This document shows positions 8,290 to 16,078 of a DNA stretch of 16,078 nucleotides, piece after piece. Position numbers and translations under genes: made by a program. The stretch is from the NCBI GenBank assembly GCA_051117555.1, contig JBNPEG010000083.1, forward strand, positions 46,172 through 62,249. Reading direction: 5' to 3'. Numbering within the stretch: position 1 is the stretch's first letter; each line of letters starts with the position of its first letter. A model generated the notes under the pieces. That model saw only the letters and a program-made list of their open reading frames with translations, was not told the DNA's origin and ran no database searches. Source of the stretch: Elainellaceae cyanobacterium. GTDB lineage: Bacteria > Cyanobacteriota > Cyanobacteriia > CAZCXK01.

Positions 8290-8835
8290 TTATCCATCGG
8301 CCTCTTCAAAGGCTTTTAGAGGGAGCGATCGCCGCAATTCGATTAATTCATCTCGGTGAGCCGTTACCGTGACCAAACTGTAGTTGATGTGATGTTCATC
8401 TTCGACTGCCTCAATGCTCAAAGAGACTTGCTCCGGACGCCCTGCCTTCCGCCAATAAAATATACCTGCCAGGGGTGACAGCACCAAAAGCCCCGGAAAC
8501 AGAGACGCCCAGTCTGGGAAAAGCATCGCTAACACCAGCACCAAACACAAAATACCAATCCCGGCTAATACGCTCAGAAAAATTGCCAAAAATACGCTAG
8601 GACGCACAAATCCCTCAAATGTGACCCGGTTTTCAGACGAGTCAACGGATGCGATTCGATACGAGCGTTGAGCAAAATAGCGTTGAAGCTGCTCCAAAAG
8701 CGTATCGCGTTGCTGATCGGCAATCAGTTTGGCGACTTGAGTGCGGTCTTTGGCGGAGGCTCGAATAAAGAAAAACAGCCCAACGGCTAGCAGCAACGTC
8801 AGGAAGAAAGTTGAAGAAAGGACAGACACCTGCAT
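8290..8835 (-). CDS. Cofactor assembly of complex C subunit B (CCB1/DUF3529-like)
   Basis: STFFLTLLLAVGLFFFIRAS.KDRT N-terminus, two further TM segments, AHRDELIEL C-terminus. Confidence 0.8.
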   Translation of the reverse strand: MQVSVLSSTFFLTLLLAVGLFFFIRASAKDRTQVAKLIADQQRDTLLEQLQRYFAQRSYRIASVDSSENRVTFEGFVRPSVFLAIFLSVLAGIGILCLVLVLAMLFPDWASLFPGLLVLSPLAGIFYWRKAGRPEQVSLSIEAVEDEHHINYSLVTVTAHRDELIELRRSLPLKAFEEADG

Positions 8836-8959
8836 AAGAATAGTGAGTCAATTGGACGAGATTAATCACAACCGATGAGTGACGAAAACATTAGCCACCC
8901 TGTCCTATTCTGCCAAGATTTTCTGTCAAAAGTTTAAGAAATATTAATTAGCGATCGCC

Positions 8960-8995
8960 CGCATCTCATTTCGCATCTCATTCCGCATCTTATTT
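8960..8995. repeat. 12-bp tandem repeat x3
   Basis: CGCATCTCATTT CGCATCTCATTC CGCATCTTATTT, adjoining the stop codon at 8994. Confidence 0.8.
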
Positions 8996-9254
8996 AGGTA
9001 TGGCGATTGACCTCGCTCTGCAACCACGGATCAACAGGTTGACCATCTTTTCTGGAAAGCTCGATCTCAATGACCATCACTAAGTCAGACCCAGGCGGGG
9101 CAGGCCGTTGATGAAACGTAATGTCATACTCTTGAGGGTCATATTGCCGCTCTTTGAGCCAATCTTGCACCTTAGTGGTCGCAAAAAAAGATTGCCCCTG
9201 CTCAAACATTCGAGTGATTTGCATTTGCAGGGTAAAAGGATCAAGTCGAGCCAT
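8994..9254 (-). CDS. Hypothetical protein (86 aa), probably conserved in cyanobacteria
   Basis: ATG-started ORF co-oriented with its neighbours; globular-protein composition. Confidence 0.75.
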   Translation of the reverse strand: MARLDPFTLQMQITRMFEQGQSFFATTKVQDWLKERQYDPQEYDITFHQRPAPPGSDLVMVIEIELSRKDGQPVDPWLQSEVNRHT

Positions 9255-9381
9255 GATTCTAACTGTCGTGTAACCAGCGTGTATACCAGAAAATGGGAGA
9301 GCAGACGCACCAATCTGAGTCTGTCCTTATATTGATTATTCTCCCATGTTCCTCAAGGCTACGCGACTATAGGATGTCTGT

Positions 9382-9425
9382 TTATGGAGACAGAGATTAT
9401 GGAGACAGAGATTATGGAGACGGAG
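9382..9425. repeat. 15-bp tandem repeat x3 including the stop codon of the DUF4168 gene
   Basis: TTATGGAGACAGAGA at 9382 and 9397; TTATGGAGACGGAG at 9412. Confidence 0.85.
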
Positions 9426-9951
9426 TTGGAGTCGAACTCGTCTGAGTGTCCGCATCTTGGGACTCAGATTGCAGCCGTCTCAATTCATCCTGGATACGAG
9501 ACGCTAAGCCTGAATCTGACTGCTGGGTTGCAGTAATGGTATTGAACTGCATGATGGTTAAATTGTTTCGTTCAACAATGCGAATTGATTGCGTGCAGTA
9601 ATCGACGACGATATCTCGAATACTTTGGTTAAGATTTCGCAGAGTGTCAGGCTCATGGCAGGCAACGGGCGGCACTTGGCCAGAGTCAGATAGGTTCCGA
9701 ATCTGGGCATAGGCAATGCGTCTAATTTCTTCAATTTCCTGCACCGAGCGGGCATAGTTACGCACCTGTTCGTTAGAAATATCTTGCTGTGCATGGGCTG
9801 CACCGCTCAAGGGGGGAGCAGATGACTTCAGATTTAGACTGGGGACACCTCCTGCGAGCAGCCCACCCGAGGAGATTAGCGTCACGAGTAAGGTTCGAGA
9901 AAGTAAACGCTTCATATTAAATCGAGACAGGTAATACGACGATGTAACCAT
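9412..9951 (-). CDS. DUF4168-domain exported protein (start uncertain: 9915, 9951 or 9960)
   Basis: Signal-like segment ending AHAQ, then NYARSV..IE..R, YC..S..IVE.NNLT...FN.IT. Confidence 0.78.
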   Translation of the reverse strand: MVTSSYYLSRFNMKRLLSRTLLVTLISSGGLLAGGVPSLNLKSSAPPLSGAAHAQQDISNEQVRNYARSVQEIEEIRRIAYAQIRNLSDSGQVPPVACHEPDTLRNLNQSIRDIVVDYCTQSIRIVERNNLTIMQFNTITATQQSDSGLASRIQDELRRLQSESQDADTQTSSTPTPSP

Positions 9952-10038
9952 AGAACACACGATTGGCTAAAAGGGCAAGCAGAAAATTGCTTCGATTTAT
10001 TATGTGAATTATTTTCTGAGTCAGAAGTTCCGATTTCT

Positions 10039-11043
10039 CTATCGTCTTCGTTTGGATTTTGAAGATGGGTAGAGTTGGCAAAGCTGAATCACTCGGGTCT
10101 GTATGGTCGATAGTGCGTCAGCACCGCGTTTAAGGTCAACCTCTAGCTCAAGCAATATGGGAAGCGTGCGCCTTAATGAATCTAAAGAAAGGGGCTCGAC
10201 ATCTCGCTGCAAGAAGTAAACTCGCTTAGGATTGCCTACTTCTGCTGCCCGGGCGATCGCCTGAATATCGCGCTCTCCAGACTCTACCATGACCTTGACC
10301 CACAGCCATGTGCGGAACTGATTAGTCACGGTGGTCACAATTCTTAGGGCTGGTTCGTTCTGACTAAACAAGTCAGAGATTAGAGTGAGAGCCTGAGACG
10401 CATCACCCTGGCGGATAGCAGTCGCAAGCTGAAGACTGCTTTGGGTGGATGTGGTCACTAGTTTAGCAACGGTGTCTGCTTCGACAACCGATTGAGGCAA
10501 CCCCGCATAGAGCTTTAATTTTTCGAGTTCATTAAACAGTTGCCGAGTATTATTACCGATTGCATCGGCTAAGCAGTGAGTGGCCTCCTGACTGAGTTTA
10601 ACGCCAACATCGGCGGCTGCCCGATGAACTGCTTTGATGAGTTGGTCAGTCTTCCACGGAGGGATAACCGGAAACTCTCGAATTTCAGCATATTTTTGCA
10701 GCAATTTCGTCGATTTGAGCCGACCATCTGGTTTTTGGCTCATGGTGATCAGCAACACAGAGGTATCGGGAATTGCGGGTAAGGTGCGTTCCAGTTCAGA
10801 CAAAAGAGAGTCTGGGCATTTTTGGCCTAGAGTGGTGTTAGGAAGCCAAACGAAGCGATCGCCCGTGCCAAAGGGCGGGGTCATGACTTGATTTAATGCC
10901 TGAATGACTGGATCGGCACTTTCAGGAGAAATTTTGTGGTAATTAAAACTGGCCCATTGGGGGTCTAACGTGCGATCGCGCAGTGCATCAACCGATCGTT
11001 CAATTGTAAAGTCATCGTCACCCCAGTATACGTAAATCGGCAT
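10039..11043 (-). CDS. holA: DNA polymerase III subunit delta
   Basis: MPIYVYWGDDDF, TPPFGTGDR.V, KPDGRLKSTK, L.NELEKL.LY, NEPALRIV, GNPKRVYFL. Confidence 0.92.
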   Translation of the reverse strand: MPIYVYWGDDDFTIERSVDALRDRTLDPQWASFNYHKISPESADPVIQALNQVMTPPFGTGDRFVWLPNTTLGQKCPDSLLSELERTLPAIPDTSVLLITMSQKPDGRLKSTKLLQKYAEIREFPVIPPWKTDQLIKAVHRAAADVGVKLSQEATHCLADAIGNNTRQLFNELEKLKLYAGLPQSVVEADTVAKLVTTSTQSSLQLATAIRQGDASQALTLISDLFSQNEPALRIVTTVTNQFRTWLWVKVMVESGERDIQAIARAAEVGNPKRVYFLQRDVEPLSLDSLRRTLPILLELEVDLKRGADALSTIQTRVIQLCQLYPSSKSKRRR

Positions 11044-11284
11044 ATGGCAATCTTAGATGGGTTGTGAGCGGTGGGGCGGGCTGAGCCTGCGTATGTATTT
11101 AGCGTAACGCCCTAGAGATCCCCCTAAATCCCCCTTAAAAAGAGGGACTTCAGCAACCTGTAGATAGCCCCCTTTTCAAGGGGGCAGCGACAGCGGGGGA
11201 TCAGCGGGGGATCTTACGCGCTAAACATATACGAGCCTGCCCCACCGCTCACATATAAGTCACAAGCGATTTAGGATCGCTATA
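11043..11284. mobile_element. TA-flanked MITE (IS630-like ends) carrying a nested insertion
   Basis: Imperfect terminal IRs TATGGCAATCTTAGATGGGTTGTGA / TCACAAGCGATTTAGGATCGCTATA; an uninterrupted relative lies at 13348-13433. Confidence 0.8.
11091..11232. mobile_element. 142-bp MITE with 8-bp target-site duplication
   Basis: GAGCCTGC at 11083-11090 and 11233-11240; IRs GTATGTATTTAGCG / CGCTAAACATATAC (12/14); CCCCCTAAATCCCCCTT..GGGGGAT core. Confidence 0.85.
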
Positions 11285-11462
11285 GATATTAATGAACACT
11301 AAAATCTAGCGAGTTCATTTATTTTAATGGGTGATGCAACTCACAGAAAATGATAGGGTCTGTTTTGCAATGATCTGACGTTTCCAATAATTCTCGATAG
11401 ATTAGGAAAACGACGGAAATGGGTACGACTCTTCACCGTTTAGAATAGCGAGGCGAACGAAC

Positions 11463-12251
11463 GTGGACGACATTTATCAGGTCTATGTTAATCGGGTTGC
11501 GCGAATGACATTGCCAGAGGCATATCAGTCTCAGGTGCAATATATTCAAGCGTCGCCCAAGTTTCAGCAGCAACCGGACGGTGACGTTGAGCCGATTCCA
11601 TTTCCGGGCTATTCGGTGATTACGCCCCCTTGGAGCGATGATTCTAAAAATACAGGCTTGTATGAAACCCTGCGCGACTTTCAACACCGCGTTGGCAAGG
11701 AGTTAACGCCAGGGTTGGCGACATTAGTGCCTCCCGAAAGTTTTCACATGACGCTGGCTGATCTGATCTGGGATAGCGGCTACCGCCTCGCAGCAGAGCA
11801 GACCGATTTTGATCACCAACTGCGCGATCGCATCGCCCAAAGCTTTCAACACTGTCAGACGTCGGTCAAGGGCGAGCCTCCAATTTGTTGGCAGGTCTTG
11901 GGGCTGATTGTGATGGCTCGGGCGATCGCCGTGTGTTTGGCTCCACGCAATGAGCAATCCCATGACCGGATTGTCAAGTTGCGCCGCTCGATTTATCAAA
12001 ATCCAGACATCATCGCGTTAGGGATTGAGCAGCAATACCATTTCACAGGTCATATCACGCTGGGATATTTTACAGATGTGTCGGTGGTGTCTGATCCGCT
12101 CGATCTAATTTCGACACTCAATCAATTGAATGAACAGTGGCTGTCAATTGATTCACCTCAAGAGCTGGTGATTCACCGAGCAGAACTCCGAAAGTTTGAA
12201 GATATGACGCATTATTATCGAGAACCAGACTGGCCCGTCCTTGAGTTTTGA
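11463..12251 (+). CDS. DUF1868-like 2H phosphoesterase-fold protein
   Basis: PFPGYSVITPP and two HxT motifs (SFHMTLADL, GHITLGYF). Confidence 0.8.
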   Translation: MDDIYQVYVNRVARMTLPEAYQSQVQYIQASPKFQQQPDGDVEPIPFPGYSVITPPWSDDSKNTGLYETLRDFQHRVGKELTPGLATLVPPESFHMTLADLIWDSGYRLAAEQTDFDHQLRDRIAQSFQHCQTSVKGEPPICWQVLGLIVMARAIAVCLAPRNEQSHDRIVKLRRSIYQNPDIIALGIEQQYHFTGHITLGYFTDVSVVSDPLDLISTLNQLNEQWLSIDSPQELVIHRAELRKFEDMTHYYREPDWPVLEF

Positions 12252-12311
12252 ACACCTTCCTTTTGCAGTAACGGCAAAGAAAGTGCCGTGTAAGCCTCTG
12301 ATATAACGAAC

Positions 12312-13337
12312 TTAATTCTGGATGAACAAAAGAGAAAACCCACCTATGTAGAGCAGCGGAATCAAAAAGCTTTCAAAGCCGATGTTGCCAATTCCATGTT
12401 CTTCACGGCGCAACAGCCCCAGCAGGAGGATGCCCGTCATCAAAATCGTCAGAGCAATAATAAATGTCTGCGATGCCGTCAGCGCATGGTAGATCGAGCC
12501 AGTCCGATAGGCGATATCTGAAAACGCAACAAATAACACGTCAAAGCTATTGCCCCCGATGATGTCTCCAACAGCAAGGGTTAAAGCGCCTTGCCGCACG
12601 GCAGCTATTGATGTCACAAGTTCGGGCAACGACGTAGAGACAGCCGTAAATAGGCCGCCCACCACCGTTTCAGACAACCCAGTTTGGTCAGCGATCGCCG
12701 ATCCAGTCCGGGCGACGACATAGCCGGCACCGCCAATCATCGGAGCATACATTGCCAATCGAATCCACAGCCCAGTCGCGCTGGTGCCAGACTCTAGATC
12801 TTCTTCAGGTTCATCAACGCGAGTCTCAGACGTGCGCCTCGGTGCCCACATGGGCATTTCTCGCGCACTCGATACTAAGCGCAGCCCGAAGATATAGGCA
12901 ATTGGCAACGCAAACGATATTGGATGAATCCCCCAGATGCTAACCTGCGGAGAAGACGCTGCTAGCAAAGGAAACGCAAGCAGGCTGACAAGCAGTGTCC
13001 CTTGAGACAGGTTTGCGGCAGAGGCGGCGGCATGCTCTAGATTCGCTTGGGGATAGACAATATCGGCTAGGGCAAGAAACGCCGTTTGCGCTGCGATGCC
13101 GCCGAGAGCATTGCTAATCGACAGTTCAGGATGCCCAGTTGCCGCAGCCGTGACCGATGTGACAATTCCTGGCAGAGAGGTCGTGCCGCCGAGAAATAGT
13201 GCCCCAACCACTGCCTCACCGAGTCCTGTTTTATCGGCGAGACGGTCGGCGACTCTCGTCATCCGTATCCCAACTACGCCAATCACAAAGGCTGCAACAA
13301 TAAATAGCCCGATGTTGAGAGTAAGAGAATTAAACAT
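12312..13337 (-). CDS. Sodium:calcium antiporter (CaCA family)
   Basis: Two alpha-repeat motifs, GTTSLPGIVTS and STSLPELVTS..A...GDIIGGN; about 10 TM segments. Confidence 0.92.
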   Translation of the reverse strand: MFNSLTLNIGLFIVAAFVIGVVGIRMTRVADRLADKTGLGEAVVGALFLGGTTSLPGIVTSVTAAATGHPELSISNALGGIAAQTAFLALADIVYPQANLEHAAASAANLSQGTLLVSLLAFPLLAASSPQVSIWGIHPISFALPIAYIFGLRLVSSAREMPMWAPRRTSETRVDEPEEDLESGTSATGLWIRLAMYAPMIGGAGYVVARTGSAIADQTGLSETVVGGLFTAVSTSLPELVTSIAAVRQGALTLAVGDIIGGNSFDVLFVAFSDIAYRTGSIYHALTASQTFIIALTILMTGILLLGLLRREEHGIGNIGFESFLIPLLYIGGFSLLFIQN

Positions 13338-13347
13338 TATCAGATTC

Positions 13348-13433
13348 TATAGCAATCCCAGATGGGTTGTGAGCGGTGGGGCGGGCGGCGCCTGCTGGTC
13401 ACACACAATTTACAAGCGATTTAGGTCGCTATA
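13348..13433. mobile_element. 86-bp TA-flanked MITE, same family as 11043-11284
   Basis: TATAGCAATCCCAGATGGGTTGTGAGCGGTGGGGCGGGC ... ACAAGCGATTTAGGTCGCTATA. Confidence 0.8.
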
Positions 13434-14153
13434 TCAGCAGCTAAAACTTTAGTCCTGCGAGCGATCGCCCAAGGAGCAACCAGTCAATGACTGCCTGTGT
13501 AGTTTATCTGAGCGATCGCAAAAGCGGTATCAATTTGGTGTTTTCAACGATATAGGTTTTCAACGATACAGAGCGTATGCGCTACATACCTCAAATTTTG
13601 CTGAATGAGAGCGCAAACTCAGCTTCGCAGAATGCCACGATAGCTCTACTACACGCGTTTCATCCATCTAAAGGAGTTGGCTAAAAGGTAGAGGAGAATT
13701 AGCCAAACAGTAGAGATAATATCACGTCAAAATCTGTAATCTATATTTATGATCTCGCAAAATCGAACTGGAGCAGCAAGGCAATTAGCAATCTGGTTGC
13801 GTTCCTATGCTGATCGTTCAAATATGACTGCACCAGAGCTATCCCACGGAGGGATGCTAATTGCAAATGAATCAGCGTCTGCGGCCCTTGAGACACTCCA
13901 ACCATTTCCTGTTATCAGATTGGGGTGTGCCTCTCAAACCATAAATCAAGGAATACAGGATTTACTGCGATAAAGCTCAAGCCTGATAAAAGCATGGATG
14001 GGCAGTGCTTAGAGCGATCGCCATTCTCATTGGAGACTCATGTACTTTTTAGTATGTCTGATGCTAGCAATCCTTTCAGGTATCGTAAATCCAAGCCCGA
14101 TCAGGCTTACTCAGTCGTACTTCGAACACAATTCATACGCAAGGAATGACATT

Positions 14154-14512
14154 ATGAAACAGCAGCTTAAACGACTACTCTGGCTTATGTCGGGCGTCCT
14201 GCTGACATTAGGCATAATTTTTCTTAATCGTCCTTCAACAGCTCAACTTAATATCGATGATCCATTTGCAAATGAAGGATTGATCTATGCAGTGACCGCT
14301 ACCAATCCTGCTGTGATTCGCCAGGTAACCGGAGATGTAACCAATCAGGTTCAAAATGTTGTCGCAGAACCTGTTGATTCATTTGCTTGGGATGGTGAAG
14401 GTGTAACTCCTATTTCGGGAATCGCTCGGTGAGTAGTCGATCCCGTTACCAACACGGGTGAGTTAGTCGCAACCCGGTCTGACGAATATGGCGACTGGAG
14501 ATTGAGTCAAAG
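14154..14512 (+). pseudogene. Probable pseudogene of an exported protein
   Basis: AAGGA ribosome-binding site, signal peptide MKQQLKRLLW..STA-Q, TGA at 14430-14432. The frame continues protein-like (VVDPVTNTGELVATRSDEYGDWRLSQ) and then runs into an inverted repeat. Confidence 0.55.
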
Positions 14513-14555
14513 GCAAATATCTCTCTTCTACCTGTGCTAGAGGAGAGATATTTGC
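14513..14555. repeat. 18-bp inverted repeat with 7-nt loop
   Basis: GCAAATATCTCTCTTCTA-CCTGTGC-TAGAGGAGAGATATTTGC, one mismatch. Confidence 0.8.
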
Positions 14556-14605
14556 GAGTCATCATAGGATTGCTAGACATACTTCACAGGCAGGAACGGA
14601 AACAA

Positions 14606-14699
14606 TATAGCGGCATGTATTTGGGGTAAGTACGATGGTGTGGGCCGCGCCGCGCCCATACCACCGTTTCTGTACGTGACGCAATTGCACATTGCTATA
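14606..14699. mobile_element. Degenerate TA-flanked MITE-like element
   Basis: TATAGC...GTAC / GTAC...GCTATA symmetric ends and central hairpin GGTGTGGGC..GCCCATACC. Confidence 0.6.
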
Positions 14700-14790
14700 A
14701 ATACCCATCAATGCCGTGGTAGAGGTGGCTTGCGTTCAAATAGTGTCTTCGTATAGATGGCAACGATGGGAGTTGTGGCGATCGCCTATT

Positions 14791-14896
14791 TATACCAATT
14801 CTCGGTTTTGGATTTGCGATTTTGGATTGACGGCCATCAGCCTTGCAAGGGTTCTAGCCTGTTCATTTGTAGCCTTACTTTGAAGAATTGGGATTA
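14791..14896. mobile_element. Degenerate MITE-like element
   Basis: Ends TATACCAATTCT / AGAATTGGGATTA; internal heptamer repeats TTGGATT/TGCGATT. Confidence 0.45.
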
Positions 14897-15133
14897 CCCA
14901 CTTACCTAGTTTAATAGGCTCTATGCAATATTCCTGTAGGGAAAGTTTGCAAACCTATAAAATTCTCAAGGATCTCGTAATCTTTTTTCGAAGGAACCAT
15001 CCCGATTTGAAGCATACGGGCAGAAAATCTAATCAGACTAGCTTGTTTGATTCCGTGCAGCTCGTCATGTCATGAGAAAGCTTTCAATCATGATCATGTA
15101 TAGCACCCGCCAAGTTCTCTGGATGGTTCACGC

Positions 15134-15271
15134 GGGCGCATGTCACTTTTGTAGCCCTCACCCTAAATCCCTCTCCCAAAGCGGGAGAGGGACTTCAATC
15201 CGGCTCCCCTTCTCCCGCTTGGGAGAAGGGGTTGGGGGATGAGGGCAAATTTGCAAAGGTGACATGTTCCC
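15134..15271. mobile_element. 138-bp MITE with 9-bp target-site duplication
   Basis: GGTTCACGC at 15125-15133 and 15272-15280; IRs GGGCGCATGTCACTTTTTG / CAAAGGTGACATGTTCCC; CCCTAAATCCCTCTCCC..GGGAGAGGG hairpin core. Confidence 0.88.
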
Positions 15272-15341
15272 GGTTCACGCCGGATAGCGTTCCCCGCTTT
15301 GGCGTCCAATTAGAGGTCATGTCCTAGGCAATTGGGCTAAT

Positions 15342-15384
15342 GCTATCAGTAATGGCTATCAGTAATGGCTATCAGTAATGGCTA
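15342..15384. repeat. 13-bp tandem repeat x3 abutting the IS630 left end
   Basis: GCTATCAGTAATG at 15342, 15355 and 15368, then GCTA. Confidence 0.85.
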
Positions 15385-15957
15385 TAGCAACCTAAAATAG
15401 GTTTTGAACAAACATTAGAATGAGGAGGAGTCGTTAAAGAGCATTTTAGACAAACTGATGGAGACCCTTGAACAGTTTATTGAGAGCAACCCGAAGCCCC
15501 GAGAACTCAAACGTGCTGTTGCCGTGCAAATGAGTCAACGAGGCCATACCTATCGAGAAATCCGTGATGTGCTTCAGGTGTCGCTCGGGTTTGTGACCGC
15601 TTGCTGTCAGCGCTATGAGGAGCAAGGGGTGAAGGGTCTCAAGTTGAACTACTGGGGAACGCAGGGCTATCTTAACCCCAAACAGAAGGAAGAACTGATG
15701 GTCTGGTTGGCTCAGAAGGATGCTTGGTTACTGGAGGAGGTGGTTGAGCATATCGAAGACGCTTATGGCGTGGTTTACCAATCCTCCCAGAGCTACTACA
15801 CGCTACTGAAGCAAGCCGGATTCAGTTGGAAAAAGTCACACTCAACCCACCCGGATAAAGATGAGACGCAGGTGGAGGAAAAAAAACTGAAATCATGGAA
15901 TTACTGGTGCAGTGGCGGGCCGAAATTGCTGCTGGCAATGTCCGAGTGATGTTCTTA
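15383..15957 (+). mobile_element. IS630-family element, left part (interrupted)
   Basis: TA + TAGCAACCTAAAATAGGTTTTGA left end, followed by an HTH transposase ORF. Confidence 0.85.
15458..15957 (+). pseudogene. IS630 transposase N-terminal part; -1 frameshift at an A8 run, then interrupted
   Basis: RELKRAVAV, YGVVYQS.QSYY.LL..AGFSWKK. The A-run at ~15879-15886 leads in the -1 frame to TEIMELLVQWRAEIAAGNVRVMFL, which breaks just before the expected catalytic D. Confidence 0.85.
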
Positions 15958-16078
15958 GGATCGTGGATTAAATAAGCTGTAATTCCACCTTCTGCATCTG
16001 TAAGCTAGAGAAGTAGACGATGAGCCGGAAAACCAATGCGCCCCTACCCTGCTCCCATTGAAGCTCAAATGCAACGGT
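15958..16078 (+). mobile_element. Left end of a second IS, probably ISAzo13 family
   Basis: Begins GGATCGTGGATTAAATAAG after TTA. The ORF from ATG 16036 (MRPYPAPIEAQMQR...) resembles ISAzo13-type transposase N-termini from memory; only 14 codons are visible. Confidence 0.55.

Noticed and set aside
13749..14149. Two 74-aa ORFs
   Set aside because: Overlapping, with no ribosome-binding site or motifs; likely spurious.
14430..14432. Selenocysteine read-through of TGA
   Set aside because: No Cys-like context or evident SECIS; a nonsense mutation is simpler.
14911..15075. Short minus-strand open frame ending ILHRAY*, next to a GGCTCT possible IS end
   Set aside because: No recognisable motif or partner IR; needs a database search.

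Overview
Cyanobacterial genomic DNA (about 20 HIP1 GCGATCGC octamers). The left 2.3 kb holds a diversity-generating retroelement (DGR) module on the minus strand. A TIR + FGE-sulfatase (CLec-fold) gene (942-2273) has a 3' variable repeat (VR, 941-1059) that matches a nearby non-coding template repeat (TR, 597-715). Of 15 mismatches in 119 nt, 14 are at TR adenines. No avd gene lies between VR and TR and no reverse transcriptase follows TR within the window. Instead TR has a candidate own promoter, a pairable RNA scaffold and a terminal palindrome, which suggests a non-autonomous cassette served in trans, although RT could lie beyond the left edge. The middle is ordinary cyanobacterial core: RhlE-like DEAD-box helicase, ruvC, M20 Zn hydrolase, VOC protein, class III adenylate cyclase, CCB1-like, DUF4168, holA, DUF1868 and a Na/Ca antiporter. 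Intergenic regions carry several MITEs, one nested with a clear target-site duplication. The right end has a pseudogene and an IS630 element interrupted by a probable ISAzo13-family element.
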